A DNA stretch of 64,000 nt, from the NCBI RefSeq assembly GCF_001194135.2, contig NC_069000.1, positions 6,453,328 through 6,517,327 on the forward strand, in the 5' to 3' direction. The translations under genes and the position numbers were made by a program. This document shows positions 1-11,589 of this stretch, piece after piece (the stretch's first letter is position 1; the number at the start of each line of letters is the position of its first letter). Source of the stretch: Octopus bimaculoides. Its lineage: Eukaryota. The notes beneath the pieces are model-generated. The model ran no database searches and was not told where the DNA came from. It saw only the letters and a program-made list of their open reading frames with translations.

Positions 1-279
1 ATAATTCCGTTATCACGTCGGGGGTCACCAGTTATATGAATTGTGTGTTGTTTTTTCTTTCTGAAATCACGTCGGGGTCACCAGTTATAAGAATTGAATG
101 AGATATGATGGCTTGGCCATCTCTCCCCAGTTCTTATATTAATCATTAAAATCCAGAAATACAACAACACGAGGGATAATGGTAACACCAGAACATAGTT
201 TATTCTAGGTTGGTGTAGAGCCGTTTCATTCCTGGGTGAATAGGCATGCCGCTAGAATACCAAAGGAAGATTCGACCAC

Positions 280-460
280 ATGTCGGTGGAGAGCTGAGAG
301 ACACGTGCTGTCGCCACCGCTGCTACAGAGAAAAGAGAGAGAACGCTATTGCTTTCAATCCACCTGTTGCATTGCACATGCGTGCTCGGGTACTTCCGCT
401 GACGGCTAGTCCCTTGTACATGCGCAATGGCACTTCCCAAGATGGCGGTCACACGCGCCA
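280..460. promoter_or_regulatory. Housekeeping-type promoter-like patch (target gene not visible)
   Basis: CpG-rich; ETS ACTTCCG (392-398), NRF1-like CATGCGCA (419-426), YY1 CAAGATGGCGG (438-448). Confidence 0.45.
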
Positions 461-3067
461 CTACAAAAATAAGAACTGGGGTCCGTTCATTCGACTAAAA
501 CGCTTCAAGGCGGTGCCCCAGCATGGCCGCAGTCCAATGACTGAATAAAGTAAACGAATAATACCATAAAATGATGACGCAGACGAAGTCATGTTGGATC
601 TGTGGTATTTTTCATTGGCATGGAAGTAGAAAAGCAACGCCTTTGACAATTCTGTAGAATCTCTGAGAATGGTAGAGAAAAGGTGGGGTGGGAGTATTCT
701 CAGGGTACAGCGGTGGTATGAATGTTTAGAACTGAATGAAATCTATTAAAAATACCCGAGGGTCAGCTGGGTGGAGTCAAATCAAGATGACAATTGAAGT
801 GTACCATTCTCAATAGGAACAGCTCTCTCTCTCGCCGTCTTTCTGCTCCCCAACCACTACCAACCGTTTATGTCTTCTGAATATCAACACAGACAGTTTT
901 GGTTAACCCGAGGCTACGGGGGGAAAAAATTGTTCTAGGTGGTATGCAATGAGATTGAACCTGAAACTACGTGATTACGAAACGAACTTTAAAAAACATC
1001 GCTCCTTAACAAACACACACACACACTTGGTGCTATGGGTTAACCTCTACGCGGTAGTTGGACTTGTTAGTAATAACAACCAAACCTTTTTCAATAGACA
1101 TCCTGCAGCAGTTAAGAAAAACGTAAAACAAGGACAAATTGAATAATGCTCTCAGAAAATAAAAGACTGGACGGTCACGGCCGGAACATCTTTTGCTCAT
1201 ACTATTCATACATAGGTCGGCTATTTTACTAGACAGTGACAGAAGGCTATACAACCAAAAGGCAAGAGACGCCTCTATGAAGTCGCTGGACAACAACAAT
1301 AACAAATATTAATTGGTTTTCATTAATTAAGAAATAGAACTAATGAGGAGAGTATATACTTAGAAGCAGGTTCAGAGATAATTAAATATCGATTTAATAA
1401 TTAATCAACGCTCTCAAATAAGTGTTCCATACCAACCTGACAAACCTTCTCTCGGATTATTATTGAAGGTTTCCAAACAAAATCAGGAGAGAGGAGTGAC
1501 ACACCTTCATACAGGAAGTAGACGTCTTCTTTTTCCCTTCTACGCCGACAACTTTACTTCCACTTCCGTTTCACTTTTCACGGTTCGGGTGGTTCTACTA
1601 TTTTTTTTTTTTTTTTTACGCATAGGAACTCTTTTGTATTCCAATTTTCAAGTTCGATAACTCTTGTCATCATCAACAATATACTGTTGCTGATGTTACT
1701 ACTACTACCACTACTGCTGCCGCTGCCATCACCGTCCTCATTATTTAAGTACTACCACCACCACCACCATTCTACTGGTGAACTTGAAAGTCTGGATCGA
1801 TCTGCTAGAAACACCAGTCAAATCTTCCCGACTCACATTCTGTTGAACATTCAACCCGTAACGAACATGGAAGATGCGCCATCTCGCCCGAGGCCACCCT
1901 TGACCTTATCATATAAAGTTCTTGTTTTTACTGAAAAACCTCACATCAAAACATCCAAGTTAATTTATTTCCCAAATTCAAGCTTAACGATGATAAAGTT
2001 GTTTTACTAAATGCTTCATTATTTTCATAATTAATAGAAACAAAGACGCCGGAGTGGCTGTGTAGTAAATAGCTTGCTTCCCAACGACATGGTTCCGGTT
2101 TCAGTCCCACTGCGTAGCACCTTGGGCAAGCGTCTTCTACTATGGCCTCGGGCCGACCAAAGCCTTGTGAGTGGATTTGGTAGACGGAAACTGAAAGAAG
2201 CCCATCGTATGTGTGTGTGTGTGTTTGTCCCCCCCCCCTCCTCAACATCGCTTGACAACCGATGCTGGTGTGTTTACGTCCCCGTAACTTAATGACCGAT
2301 AGAATAAGTACTAGGCTTACAAAGAATAAGTCCCGGGGTCGATTTGTTCGACTAAAGGCGGTGCTCCAGCATGGCCTCAGTCAAATGACTGAAACAAGTA
2401 AAAGAGAGTAAATAGAGATGCTTTGGTAAATATTGTTTGAATGACGTTCGTAGTTTCGGTGAGATTTCTGGTTCTTGGTTTATATTTTCTTTTGCGTTTG
2501 CGACCGTTCCAACCTTGAACAACCTGTACTTTTGTATATCCAAGACTTGGTAGGTTATCTAATGTGTGTGTGTGTGTGTGCGCTGCGTGCTTCAAGAAAA
2601 CGTTAAGATGTATTTGGCTGCCGTTTCTAGCAGAACGGGTAATAGTTCAGAGGCTTGGTCGTTGGGTTGATACATACATACATATGTATATATATATATA
2701 TATACACACACACACAGGGAGAAAGAGAGAGGAGGAAATAGATGGCTATAAATACACACATACATATTATATATATATAGTAAATTTCTAATATATATAT
2801 GGAAGCGAACAATCGAAAGATTGCTTATGAATCGATTGGACATTGGATCCTCGATAACACAAATAATATTTATGGTTTCGATTCAGCCGTTCCATATGGT
2901 GACTATCCAATGCATTTAATAAGGTTAATTTCAACCGTTAAATGTATATATATACATATGTATACAAACACACGCACTTTCACAAATGTTTGTTTATACA
3001 ATCAGCGAAGCTTTGAAAAAGGATGTATTTACTATTAGACTATTTTTTAAAGCAAATTTTGTTGTGA

Positions 3068-3149
3068 GGTAGCGTGGCCGAGTGGTCTAAGGCGCTGGTT
3101 TTAGGCACCAGTCTCTTCGGAGGCGTGGGTTCGAATCCCATCGCTGCCA
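3068..3149 (+). tRNA. tRNA-Leu (anticodon TAG at 3102-3104)
   Basis: GGTAGCG/CGCTGCC acceptor stem, A box TGGCCGAGTGG, anticodon arm CTGGT-TTTAGGC-ACCAG, long variable arm, B box GGTTCGAATCC, discriminator A, and a T7 Pol III terminator at 3158-3164. Confidence 0.96.
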
Positions 3150-3687
3150 AACAATAATTTTTTTAAGTCGGATTATTTTGAATTTGGAAATTACAATAAC
3201 GTCAGAGACGTAAGGAAGAATTTGCGTGAATTTTATTTCCCTTCGTAAACGGGAAAAATCAAGTTCTTTTATGTGCGTATACGAACAGCAGTTATGTTAA
3301 TGTTTGTATTTAGCGATGCGTCAGGTCGTGAGATTTTGTACATTTCAGATGATATCCGAAGACTTTGAAATTTGTAATCTAACTGCTGTTGTTGTTTAGC
3401 CCTGGGTCAGTCCATGATCAAACACGAACCAACTGTAACCATCCTTGTCTTTTTGTATATCGTTGATTGTATTGTCCATTGTATTCCTCTTTATTTAAGA
3501 CAGTAGTATGTGTTTGAGGGATGTTTCACTGCTATTTCTAGCAGATAGAGCAACTACACAGAACATATATAAGGAAGTCGTTTTAATACCCGGGATGACT
3601 GGGCAAAAAACTTGTGGCGGTGGCGGTGGTGGTGGTGGTGGTGGTGGTGGGTGCTTCTATACTGAGCAAAATACAGGCCATATATGT

Positions 3688-4265
3688 CATCATCATCAAC
3701 ATTTAACGTCTGTTTTCCATGCTAGCATGGGTTGGACGGTTCGACTGGGGTTTGGGGAGCCAGGAGGCTGCACCAGGCTCCAGTCTGATCTGGCAGTGTT
3801 TCTACAGCTGGATGCCCTTCCTAACGCCAATCACTCTGTGAGTGTAGTGGGTTCTTTTTACGTGCCACCGGCACAGGGGCCAGAGGAGACTGGCAACGGC
3901 CATGATCAGTTAGTGCTTTTTACGTGCCGCCGGCACAGAAGCCAGTCAAGGCAGCACTGGCATCGGCCACGTTCATCACAACCATCACAACTACAATTTC
4001 CATTTGATTTTCATTTTGATGTTGATGTACTTGACTCAACAGGTCTTCTCAGTCACAGCATATCTCCAGAGGTCTCAGTCTTTCGTCATTGCTTCTGTGA
4101 GGCCCAACTTTCGAAGGTCATGCTTCACCACCTCATCCCATGTCTTCCTGGGTCTCCCTCTTTGACATGCTCCTACCACTGTTAGGGAGTGGCACTTCTT
4201 CACACAGCTCTCCTCATCCAGACATAGCACATGACCATATCAGTGCAGTCGTCTCTCTTGCACAT
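3688..4265 (-). mobile_element. 5'-truncated RTE-clade LINE 3' end with (GAT)n tail
   Basis: Minus strand encodes ERRLH*YGHVL...RGRPRKTWDEVVKHDLRKLGL, followed by the 3'UTR seen in many short copies in this window. Confidence 0.8.
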
Positions 4266-4451
4266 CACATCTGATGCTTCTTATAAAAATTTATGGGCAG
4301 TGAATCAAGAATTTAGGGTCTGAATCTTGATAAGGGCTGTTGTTCCAGGGACTTCATCAGTAAGTTTGGGTCATCGAACCAAAGGTGATCTCAGATAAGT
4401 CAGGGTTAAATAAAGTAGTAAAAATATTCATAAAATATAGAAAATATATTC

Positions 4452-4457
4452 TTTATT
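4452..4457 (-). terminator. Candidate RPAP3 polyadenylation signal AATAAA
   Basis: Plus-strand TTTATT about 130 nt past the RPAP3 stop, in AT-rich sequence. Confidence 0.5.
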
Positions 4458-4589
4458 GAACAAATAAAATGAACAGGTTACAGTTGAGGAAATAAAATGC
4501 CAAAGTTAAACATTTGTCCAAAAACGGTATCATTTCATCCCTTTAATGATATTTAAAATATAATCAAAACTTTGGTTTGTTATTTACTG

Positions 4590-4681
4590 TTACCCAACGC
4601 CATACATTTTACTGATTCTCTGGAGTTCTGTGACTTCACAATTTGGTTGTTGCTTTAAGTAATTGAATAAGTCTTTGATCA
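4590..4681 (-). CDS. RPAP3: RPAP3 last coding exon
   Basis: ttttcag|(V)IKDLFNYLKQQPNCEVTELQRISKMYGVG-TAA; 92 nt. Confidence 0.88.
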
Positions 4682-7600
4682 CTGAAAATAGGAAAAGAAA
4701 GAAATAATTAAATATAGTTTTATCTGAGAAGGAATGGCAGTGTCAATGGGCGTTTTCTGGGCATCTGAGTTTGGTGGGAGGAAAGGAGGTAATATTCCTC
4801 AGACTAGACCCCGAGTCCTAATACTCACCACAGAGTGGACCCAACTAAAGTTACCAGAGGACCAGGTGGTTACGTTGAACTTGGTATATAAGTGGACGTT
4901 AAACGATGATGATGATGATGATGATTATCTGTAGAAACAACCTCAACAAATAATGCAAAATGTTTATATTGAAACCAGAGTGTTAGTGTTACCCAGGCAG
5001 AGTATTGTGTTCTTGGGCAAAACACTTCATTTCACGTTGCTCCAGTCCACTTAGCTGTAAAAGGGTAACCCTGAGACAGAATAACTTTCCAGCCCGGGGG
5101 AATGTTGGCCTGCTTACCTAGCCAGCGGAGTAGCGCCATTGAAAAGCTACAAGCAATGCAAAGCGCATTGTGACCAGCGATGTACAACAATATCTGATAG
5201 CCTGGTTGATACTATTATTACACAGTGATTACTATTACATTGTGATTATGGTGAAGGAATGCATAAAAGAAAGGTTAAAAATGACATAAAAATGCCAAAA
5301 TGGGCAAAGTCGAAATAATGGTAAATGTCTGTAGAAATAATTACCTTGTTTTTCTGAAGAACTGAGAAACATTACGGCCACCTGGAACCTTTTCACTTTA
5401 CACAGGTGAGACAGGTGTTGGACGATCACTTCAGCATTACTGGAAATAAAGATGAAAAAAAAATTGGTGGTTTACATAGAAATCCAGCAGCAGCAGTAGT
5501 AGTAGTGGTGGTGGTGGTGGTGGCGGCAGCAGTAGTAGTAGTATTAACGCATATTCAGAGACTTATGTTTATAGAGATGGTGTAGAAAAGAAGGGAACTT
5601 TTAATGTGATTTGGTTGACGGTTGTTTTATACAGCTATCAATAATAATTAATGAATGAATGTATCATTTAGAAACTAATGAGGGAGGCCTCTACATGGTC
5701 ACTTAATCTGCTGAAACTAACAACCAAATCACCGACCTTCAACTAATAAACCACCTCCCTGTCATTATATGTACATATATCATCATTGTTTTAACATCTA
5801 CTTTTCCATGCTTGCATGGGTCCGATGGAGTTTATTTAGGGAGATTTTCTACAACCAGAATCTAACCCCCACTGCTGCCTCTACCAGTTTATTCTGGCTC
5901 GTTTCACCTTTTTGGTTAAAATTCACCACGTGTGTGTGTGTGTGTGTATATACATTAAATATTAGGAGTCGTAAGGCATCTTACTTGGGGAATGCATTTT
6001 GAAGGTTAGCACAGAGTTTGGTGATCATTTCTGCATCCATAAACTCATTGACAAGGGTAGGGTATGATTCGGGGTTCAACACCTGAAAATGGAGACAAAA
6101 CACAATTATTCCCAACTGGTAACAAAATATCTTGCGCGTGCACACCCAAACACACACACAGTGGACATTTATTATATCTAACTCTGATCATGTTTTTTTG
6201 TTTTTGTTTCAGTCATTTGACTGCAGCCATGCTGGAGCACCACCCTCAGTTGAACAAATCAACCCCAGGAATTATTCTTTGTAAGCCTAATACTTATCGG
6301 TCTCTTTTGCCAAACCACTAAGTTACGCAGACATAAACACACCAGCATCAGTTGTCAAGCGATGGTGGGGGGTGGGGGGACAAACACAGGCACACAAACA
6401 TATATATATATATATATATATATACATACACACACACACATATATATATATACGATGGGCTTCTTTCAGTTTCCATCTACTAAATCCATTCACAAGGCTT
6501 TGGTTGACCCAAGGTTATAGTAGTAAACTTACTCAAGGTACCACACTGTGGAACTGAACCGGGAACCCTGTGGGTCGGGAAGCAAACTTCTTATAACACA
6601 GCCACTCAATTATAAATGAGAGATTAATTAATCACCTTTAAGTATTGGCTAATTTTGTTTGAGTCTTTCTTTACTTGAGGCNNNNNNNNNNNNNNNNNNN
6701 NNNNNNNNNNNNNNNNNNNNNNNNNNNNNNNNNNNNNNNNNNNNNNNNNNNNNNNNNNNNNNNNNNNNNNNNNNNNNNNNNNNNNNNNNNNNNNNNNNNN
6801 NNNNNNNNNNNNNNNNNNNNNNNNNNNNNNNNNNNNNNNNNNNNNNNNNNNNNNNNNNNNNNNNNNNNNNNNNNNNNNNNNNNNNNNNNNNNNNNNNNNN
6901 NNNNNNNNNNNNNNNNNNNNNNNNNNNNNNNNNNNNNNNNNNNNNNNNNNNNNNNNNNNNNNNNNNNNNNNNNNNNNNNNNNNNNNNNNNNNNNNNNNNN
7001 NNNNNNNNNNNNNNNNNNNNNNNNNNNNNNNNNNNNNNNNNNNNNNNNNNNNNNNNNNNNNNNNNNNNNNNNNNNNNNNNNNNNNNNNNNNNNNNNNNNN
7101 NNTGGTAGGGTTTCTTCAGTTGGTTTTGGTTGGGTTTTTTCAGTTGGTTTTGGTTGGGTTTTTTCAGCTGGTTTTGGTTGGGTTTTTTCAGTTGGTTTCG
7201 GTTGGGTTTTTTCAGCTGGTTTTGGTTGAATTTCCTCTACTTTGGGAGGAGTTTTTTTGCTATCTCCTGTATACTGTTGAAACGAGAGTTTGTCTTTGTT
7301 AATCTGCTTTCGTTCTGCGTTGCTGCGTGACTGTTCCATTTTCGCAGTCAGTTGGTCATGGTTCAGCTTTTCTTCCACTCCAATCTCTTCGATTTCAATT
7401 CTACGCAGGGGTTTCTGAACAAACAAACAAACACCAAATATGTCAGAGAGAAATAGTGGCATCCAACAAAACCTCTGATGGTTTGCATCAGTAAATGATA
7501 CAAAAAAAAAAAAGAAAAAAAAAACGTGTGGCAAAGTGGAATAAATGATTTTGCCAGGAGGAGAAGAAGAAGAAGAAGACAATAACACCTAAAATGAAAG

Positions 7601-10600
7601 AACGAATGAAAAAACTTACCTTTGATCTTTCTGATGGAGGTTTGAAGATGTCTTTGAAAACGGCTCCTTCAGGATTGTCCTCGTCGTTTATCACAGATTT
7701 TTCTGAATCAGATTTCTCTGCAATTTCAATTTTCTACAAACAAGAGAAAGAAAAAAAAAATTAATAAATCACTATAATGGCATTAAATTGTTTTTAATCA
7801 CAGATATTATTAGGATTGATATGAAAAAAGAAATATTAAAAAAAAAACATAAAATGTTTCGTTAATAGAATTCTTTCGATCACAAAGTTGATGGGTCAGG
7901 ATATGAAGTGATCCCAACCTATCTGAAATTGACCGATTCTTATACAACCTTCCTGTTTTAAAGGGACTGACATCAAAACCGTCCATTGAAATTTCCCTTT
8001 AACACACACACACACACACACAAATAATCTGAAGCAGAAGCATGTGTCCCACAGTTGTCCTCTTGTTTTCAGACAATCAAACACTCTTTTCCAGTGGCAT
8101 ATCAGTTGCAGAGGATTATCGATACCCTCGCATTATCTCTGCTCGTGTAAAATATGAAAATAGCAAACCTTTTGTAATTTATCTGCTTCCATTTGTGCGA
8201 GTTTGTTACTTGGATCTAACCTGAGGACTTTGTGGTAATCCCCAAGGGCTTCTTTGTACTTTAGTAAACCACATTTGGCTGTGGCCCTTCGCAAATATCC
8301 TTTGATGTAGGTTGGATCTAATGTCAAGCAAGTGTTACAGTCTTCTTCTGCTGCAGCATATCTGAAAGGCAGAAATTAAAATAAGCGACTCGTATTTGTG
8401 GGAATTCATTCTCCCCCCCCCCCACCTCTCTCTCTCTCTCACACACACACCAATCTAAAAGATAAACAAAAGTGGTTCTTTACTTGTCTTGTTTCAGTAG
8501 TGCCATGGCCCTGTTTGCAGCCAGGAGTGGGTTTGTGGGGTCACATTGGAGGCCCCGACTGTAGTGATCAATGGCCAGCATGTACTCTCCTTTCTTGAAA
8601 TATTCATTTCCCTGCAAAATAGTAAACATCATCAGCATCATCATCATCAACATTATGTTCATCCCACCACCACTACCACCAACACCATGTCATCATCATC
8701 ATCGTTTAACATCCACTTTCCATGCTAGCATGGGTTGGACGATTTGACTGAGGACTGGCAAACCAAATGGCTGCACCACGCTCCAATCTGATCTGGCAGA
8801 GTTTCTACAGCTGGATGCCCTTCCTAACGCCAACCTCTCCAAGAGTGTAGTAGGTGCTTTTGCGTGCCACTGAGGCACGAAGGCCAATTTTACCAGCTTT
8901 CCACCTTAAAATGCACTAATAACCCTTTTTCCTATCAGCCCAAGGCTTGAAATTTGGAGGAAGAGGGCCGGTGACTTACATCAACCCCCAGTACTTGACT
9001 GGTACTTTATTTTAGTGACTTCGAAAGGATAAAAATCAAACTTAACCTCAGTAGAATTTGAACTCAGACCGTAAAGCTGGAAGAAATGCTTCTAATCATT
9101 TTTTCTGGCATGCTAACGATTCTACCAGCTCACCACCTTAATGTTAACGATGATGATGATGTTAATAATAATAATGATCCTTTCTACTGGAGGCACAAGG
9201 CCTCAAATTTGTGGGGTGGGGGCTAGTTGATTATATCGACCCCAGTTTTTTCACCGGTCCTTAGTTTACCAACCCCAAAAGGATAAAAAGCAAAGTCGAC
9301 CTCGGTGGGATTTGAACTCAGAATGTAGCAATGGGTGAAATACCACTATGCATTTCGTCCAGTGTGCCAATGATTCTGCCAGCTTGCTGCCCTCGTAATA
9401 ATAATAATGATAAAAAATAATAAATAGCTGAGACATTTTACTAATAAATCAAAACAAAATCTGTCTCAAATACAGAGTTTGATACTCACTTTGTCTTTCT
9501 CGTCAAGAGCCTGTTGTTTATGTTGTAATTCCTCCAATTCTTCGTCAGTAAGAGATTCGGAAGATGAAGACTTTTCTTCAGATATTTCCTCACAGACTTT
9601 GTCCTGAAAATATATAAAAAATATAAGATAAATGATGAAAGAAGAAATGTTTTGGTGTTGAATTATTGAAGTTACAGTTAAAAGAGACCCACGGCATATT
9701 CGTCAGGTCATTACTTTCGTTTGCTTCAACTTTCTTTCCTAGTTCAAAAATTCACTCTAACAAAAAGGGGATGAAAAGGGGAGTCTATTAAAAACAAAGC
9801 ATAAATACTGGCCCCACAGTTGCAAGACCTCAGTATCAACTCTTTACTGTTATTGCTTCCATCTACCTAAAATTTTGGTCAAGCTGAAGCCCTAACAAAG
9901 CACCATGCAAGCTCCCTGTGAATCAAACTACACAAAGACATGTCTATATCCCTACACCAGTCAACAACACACATCCAACATTGTTTATTTCCAAAGTGAA
10001 ATTATTGATTTACCAAATAACAAAATGCTTACCGCATCATATTTCTCCCAAGCAGCATAATCATAGCTGCGTATACGGTTAGATTTCGGGGCAGGGGTCG
10101 TTTCAGAAGTGCTTTTCCCTTTGCGTTTCTTTTTCCGTCGTGAACTGTTTCTAATCGGTGGTAGCACCTGTAAATTAAATTTATAAAATTAGATTAATAA
10201 AATTAAAGGCCCTCTTTCCCTCCAACACTTTTTACGGAAAAGGCCGATCTTTGGTACTGGTATCGAAATATCGCCGTATTTGTTTGGTATTGATGATCAA
10301 CTTGTAGGATTCAATACATTTTGTGGAGTGAAGTTTATTCGCAATATTGATTTGAACGGAACTCCAAATTTCGCTTTTAACGGCTTATATCAATGAACAC
10401 ACATAACATACATACAAACCACACATGCATATTTTCGATAAATTAGGACAGTCACAAGTCTATTTTTATATAATATGTATAATGTATAGCTTATATATAT
10501 AATTAATAGTTGCTATATATACACACATGCTTCGATACAATAGGGCAACCGTCTACACAATGTTAATACACAAACGTATGAACATGTGAGTATATATAAC

Positions 10601-10906
10601 GCAATTACTATATACATGCATACAGTCGTATTAATGTGTATATATACAATGTACAGTTACTATGCAAACATACTACACCCAACACATGCCACTCACAAAC
10701 CATTCGAGAGTCCAAAAGAGACAGTCCCTCCTTACACGAGACGAAGTTTTATCGGATTCCTTGTTGTCTTTTAAGGCTTTCTCTTTCTTCGAGATTTCAG
10801 TTTGCCAATTATCAAGATCTTTCAGGTAATCCTGCATCTCCACCTGGTTCTCACGGATCTGGTTTTGGAGCAAAAGCAATTTCTGTTCATGTTCAGAGAT
10901 CGGCAT
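4590..10906 (-). CDS. RPAP3: RNA polymerase II-associated protein 3 (RPAP3/Spaghetti, R2TP co-chaperone), multi-exon gene
   Basis: Hand-spliced coding segments: 10906-10736, 10167-10033, 9603-9490, 8611-8484, 8361-8169, 7733-7620, 7414-(gap 7102), (gap 6682)-6636, 6082-5985, 5439-5345, 4681-4590. All visible junctions are GT-AG and phase-compatible. The protein has RPAP3 hallmarks: N-terminal LQNQIRENQVEMQDYLKDLDNW, LPPIRN, RIRSYDYAAW, a TPR clamp, KPLRRIEIEE and a C-terminal domain (LSHLCKVKRFQVAVMFLSSSEK). Confidence 0.93.
5345..5439 (-). CDS. RPAP3: RPAP3 penultimate exon
   Basis: ttccag|T-NAEVIVQHLSHLCKVKRFQVAVMFLSSSEKQ-G|gtaatt; 95 nt. Confidence 0.92.
5985..6082 (-). CDS. RPAP3: RPAP3 exon (C-terminal domain)
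   Basis: ttttcag|VLNPESYPTLVNEFMDAEMITKLCANLQNAFP-AA|gtaaga; 98 nt. Confidence 0.88.
6205..6390. mobile_element. Interspersed SINE-like family B (other copies: about 470-550, 2225-2410, 11500-11580, 39645-39840, 54780-54930)
   Basis: Shared tttcagtcatttgactg..ccatgctggagcacc...gtaagcct.gtacttat...ccgctaagttacgggga core. Confidence 0.75.
6636..6681 (-). CDS. RPAP3: RPAP3 exon segment emerging from the gap (start of RPAP3-C domain)
   Basis: PQVKKDSNKISQYLK|gtgatt; aligns with human RQLKSSPDMLYQYLK; phase 0 fits the next exon. Confidence 0.8.
7103..7414 (-). CDS. RPAP3: RPAP3 coding exon 7 (runs into N gap 6682-7102)
   Basis: gttcag|KPLRRIEIEEIGVEEKLNHD...QPKPAEKT repeats...EETLP; similar to human KPLKKVIIEE. 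Confidence 0.88.
7112..7229 (-). repeat. Coding 24-bp minisatellite (about 5 units, QPKP[A/T]EKT) in RPAP3
   Basis: Plus-strand unit ttggttttggttgggttttttcag repeated with few substitutions, ending just before the assembly gap. Confidence 0.92.
7620..7733 (-). CDS. RPAP3: RPAP3 coding exon 6
   Basis: tttgtag|KIEIAEKSDSEKSVINDEDNPEGAVFKDIFKPPSERSK|gtaagt; 114 nt. Confidence 0.88.
8169..8361 (-). CDS. RPAP3: RPAP3 coding exon 5 (TPR)
   Basis: ctttcag|A-YAAAEEDCNTCLTLDPTYIKGYLRRATAKCGLLKYKEALGDYHKVLRLDPSNKLAQMEADKLQK|gtttgc; 193 nt. Confidence 0.93.
8484..8611 (-). CDS. RPAP3: RPAP3 coding exon 4 (TPR)
   Basis: ttttgcag|GNEYFKKGEYMLAIDHYSRGLQCDPTNPLLAANRAMALLKQD-AA|gtaaag; 128 nt, ends in phase 2. 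Confidence 0.93.
9490..9603 (-). CDS. RPAP3: RPAP3 coding exon 3
   Basis: ttttcag|DKVCEEISEEKSSSSESLTDEELEELQHKQQALDEKDK|gtgagt; 114 nt (not in the ORF track). Confidence 0.9.
10033..10167 (-). CDS. RPAP3: RPAP3 coding exon 2
   Basis: cag|VLPPIRNSSRRKKKRKGKSTSETTPAPKSNRIRSYDYAAWEKYDA|gtaagc; 135 nt. Confidence 0.92.
10736..10906 (-). CDS. RPAP3: RPAP3 coding exon 1 (ATG at 10906; acceptor AG at 10942-10941 leaves a short 5'UTR in this exon)
   Basis: MPISEHEQKLLLLQNQIRENQVEMQDYLKDLDNWQTEISKKEKALKDNKESDKTSSR, then donor GTAAGG; 171 nt, phase 0. Confidence 0.88.
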
Positions 10907-11404
10907 TGTCGTCTTGTTTTGAAGAAATGTTGTTAATTTTCTAAGGCAGAAAGAGAGAAAGAGATAGACAAAAATAGAGAGGGGGATAGCGATAGAGACA
11001 CAGTTACGATACGAGAGATAGAGTAAGATAAAGATGAGAGTGAGAGGAAGAGAAACACATGCACACTGAGGAGGAGGGAGAAAGAGAGAGAGAGATACAC
11101 TGAGAAATAGAGAGAGAGAGAGCGAAAGGAAATGGACAAGGTGAGGGAGAGTGAAAAAACGCACACAAAGAGGATGAGGGAGAAAGAGAGAGAGGGTGGG
11201 ACACAGTGAGAGAAAGATACAGTAAAAGAGAGACGGGAGATTCTGTAGAGTAAAGTGAAAGAGGAAGAGGACAAAAGTACAGTGAGAGGGAAGGAGTAGT
11301 CAGAGTGAGAGGGAGAGAGACAAACATACATAGAGAGAGAGAGAGAGAATGTTCGCGAAAGGTTGTCAGGAAGTTATGGGAGAACTTATTTCTAGAGTAA
11401 CCTC

Positions 11405-11450
11405 CCTTACTTCACATCGCGGAAGCCACTAGAGGGTAACACAATATGCT
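11405..11450 (-). promoter_or_regulatory. Candidate RPAP3 non-coding first exon / promoter
   Basis: Coding exon 1 has an upstream acceptor, so a 5' exon is needed. This patch has CpGs, a GCGGAAG (ETS-like) motif and a good donor gtgaa|GTAAGG at 11410. Inference only. Confidence 0.35.
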
Positions 11451-11589
11451 AGAAATAGAAGCCAAACTACATCCTATCATCTTAAAAATGGATAATTCTG
11501 GCGTGTTTATATCCCCGAAACTTAGCGGTTCGGCAAAAGAGACCGATAGAATAAGTACTAGGCTTACAAAGAATAAGTCTCGGTAGGTG

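Noticed and set aside
3508-4185. 225-aa plus-strand ORF
   Set aside because: Poly-Gly microsatellite plus the antisense strand of an RTE LINE tail; not a gene
6636-7414. Apparent frameshift in RPAP3 across the gap
   Set aside because: The gap length is only an estimate and may hide an intron, so the frame cannot be judged
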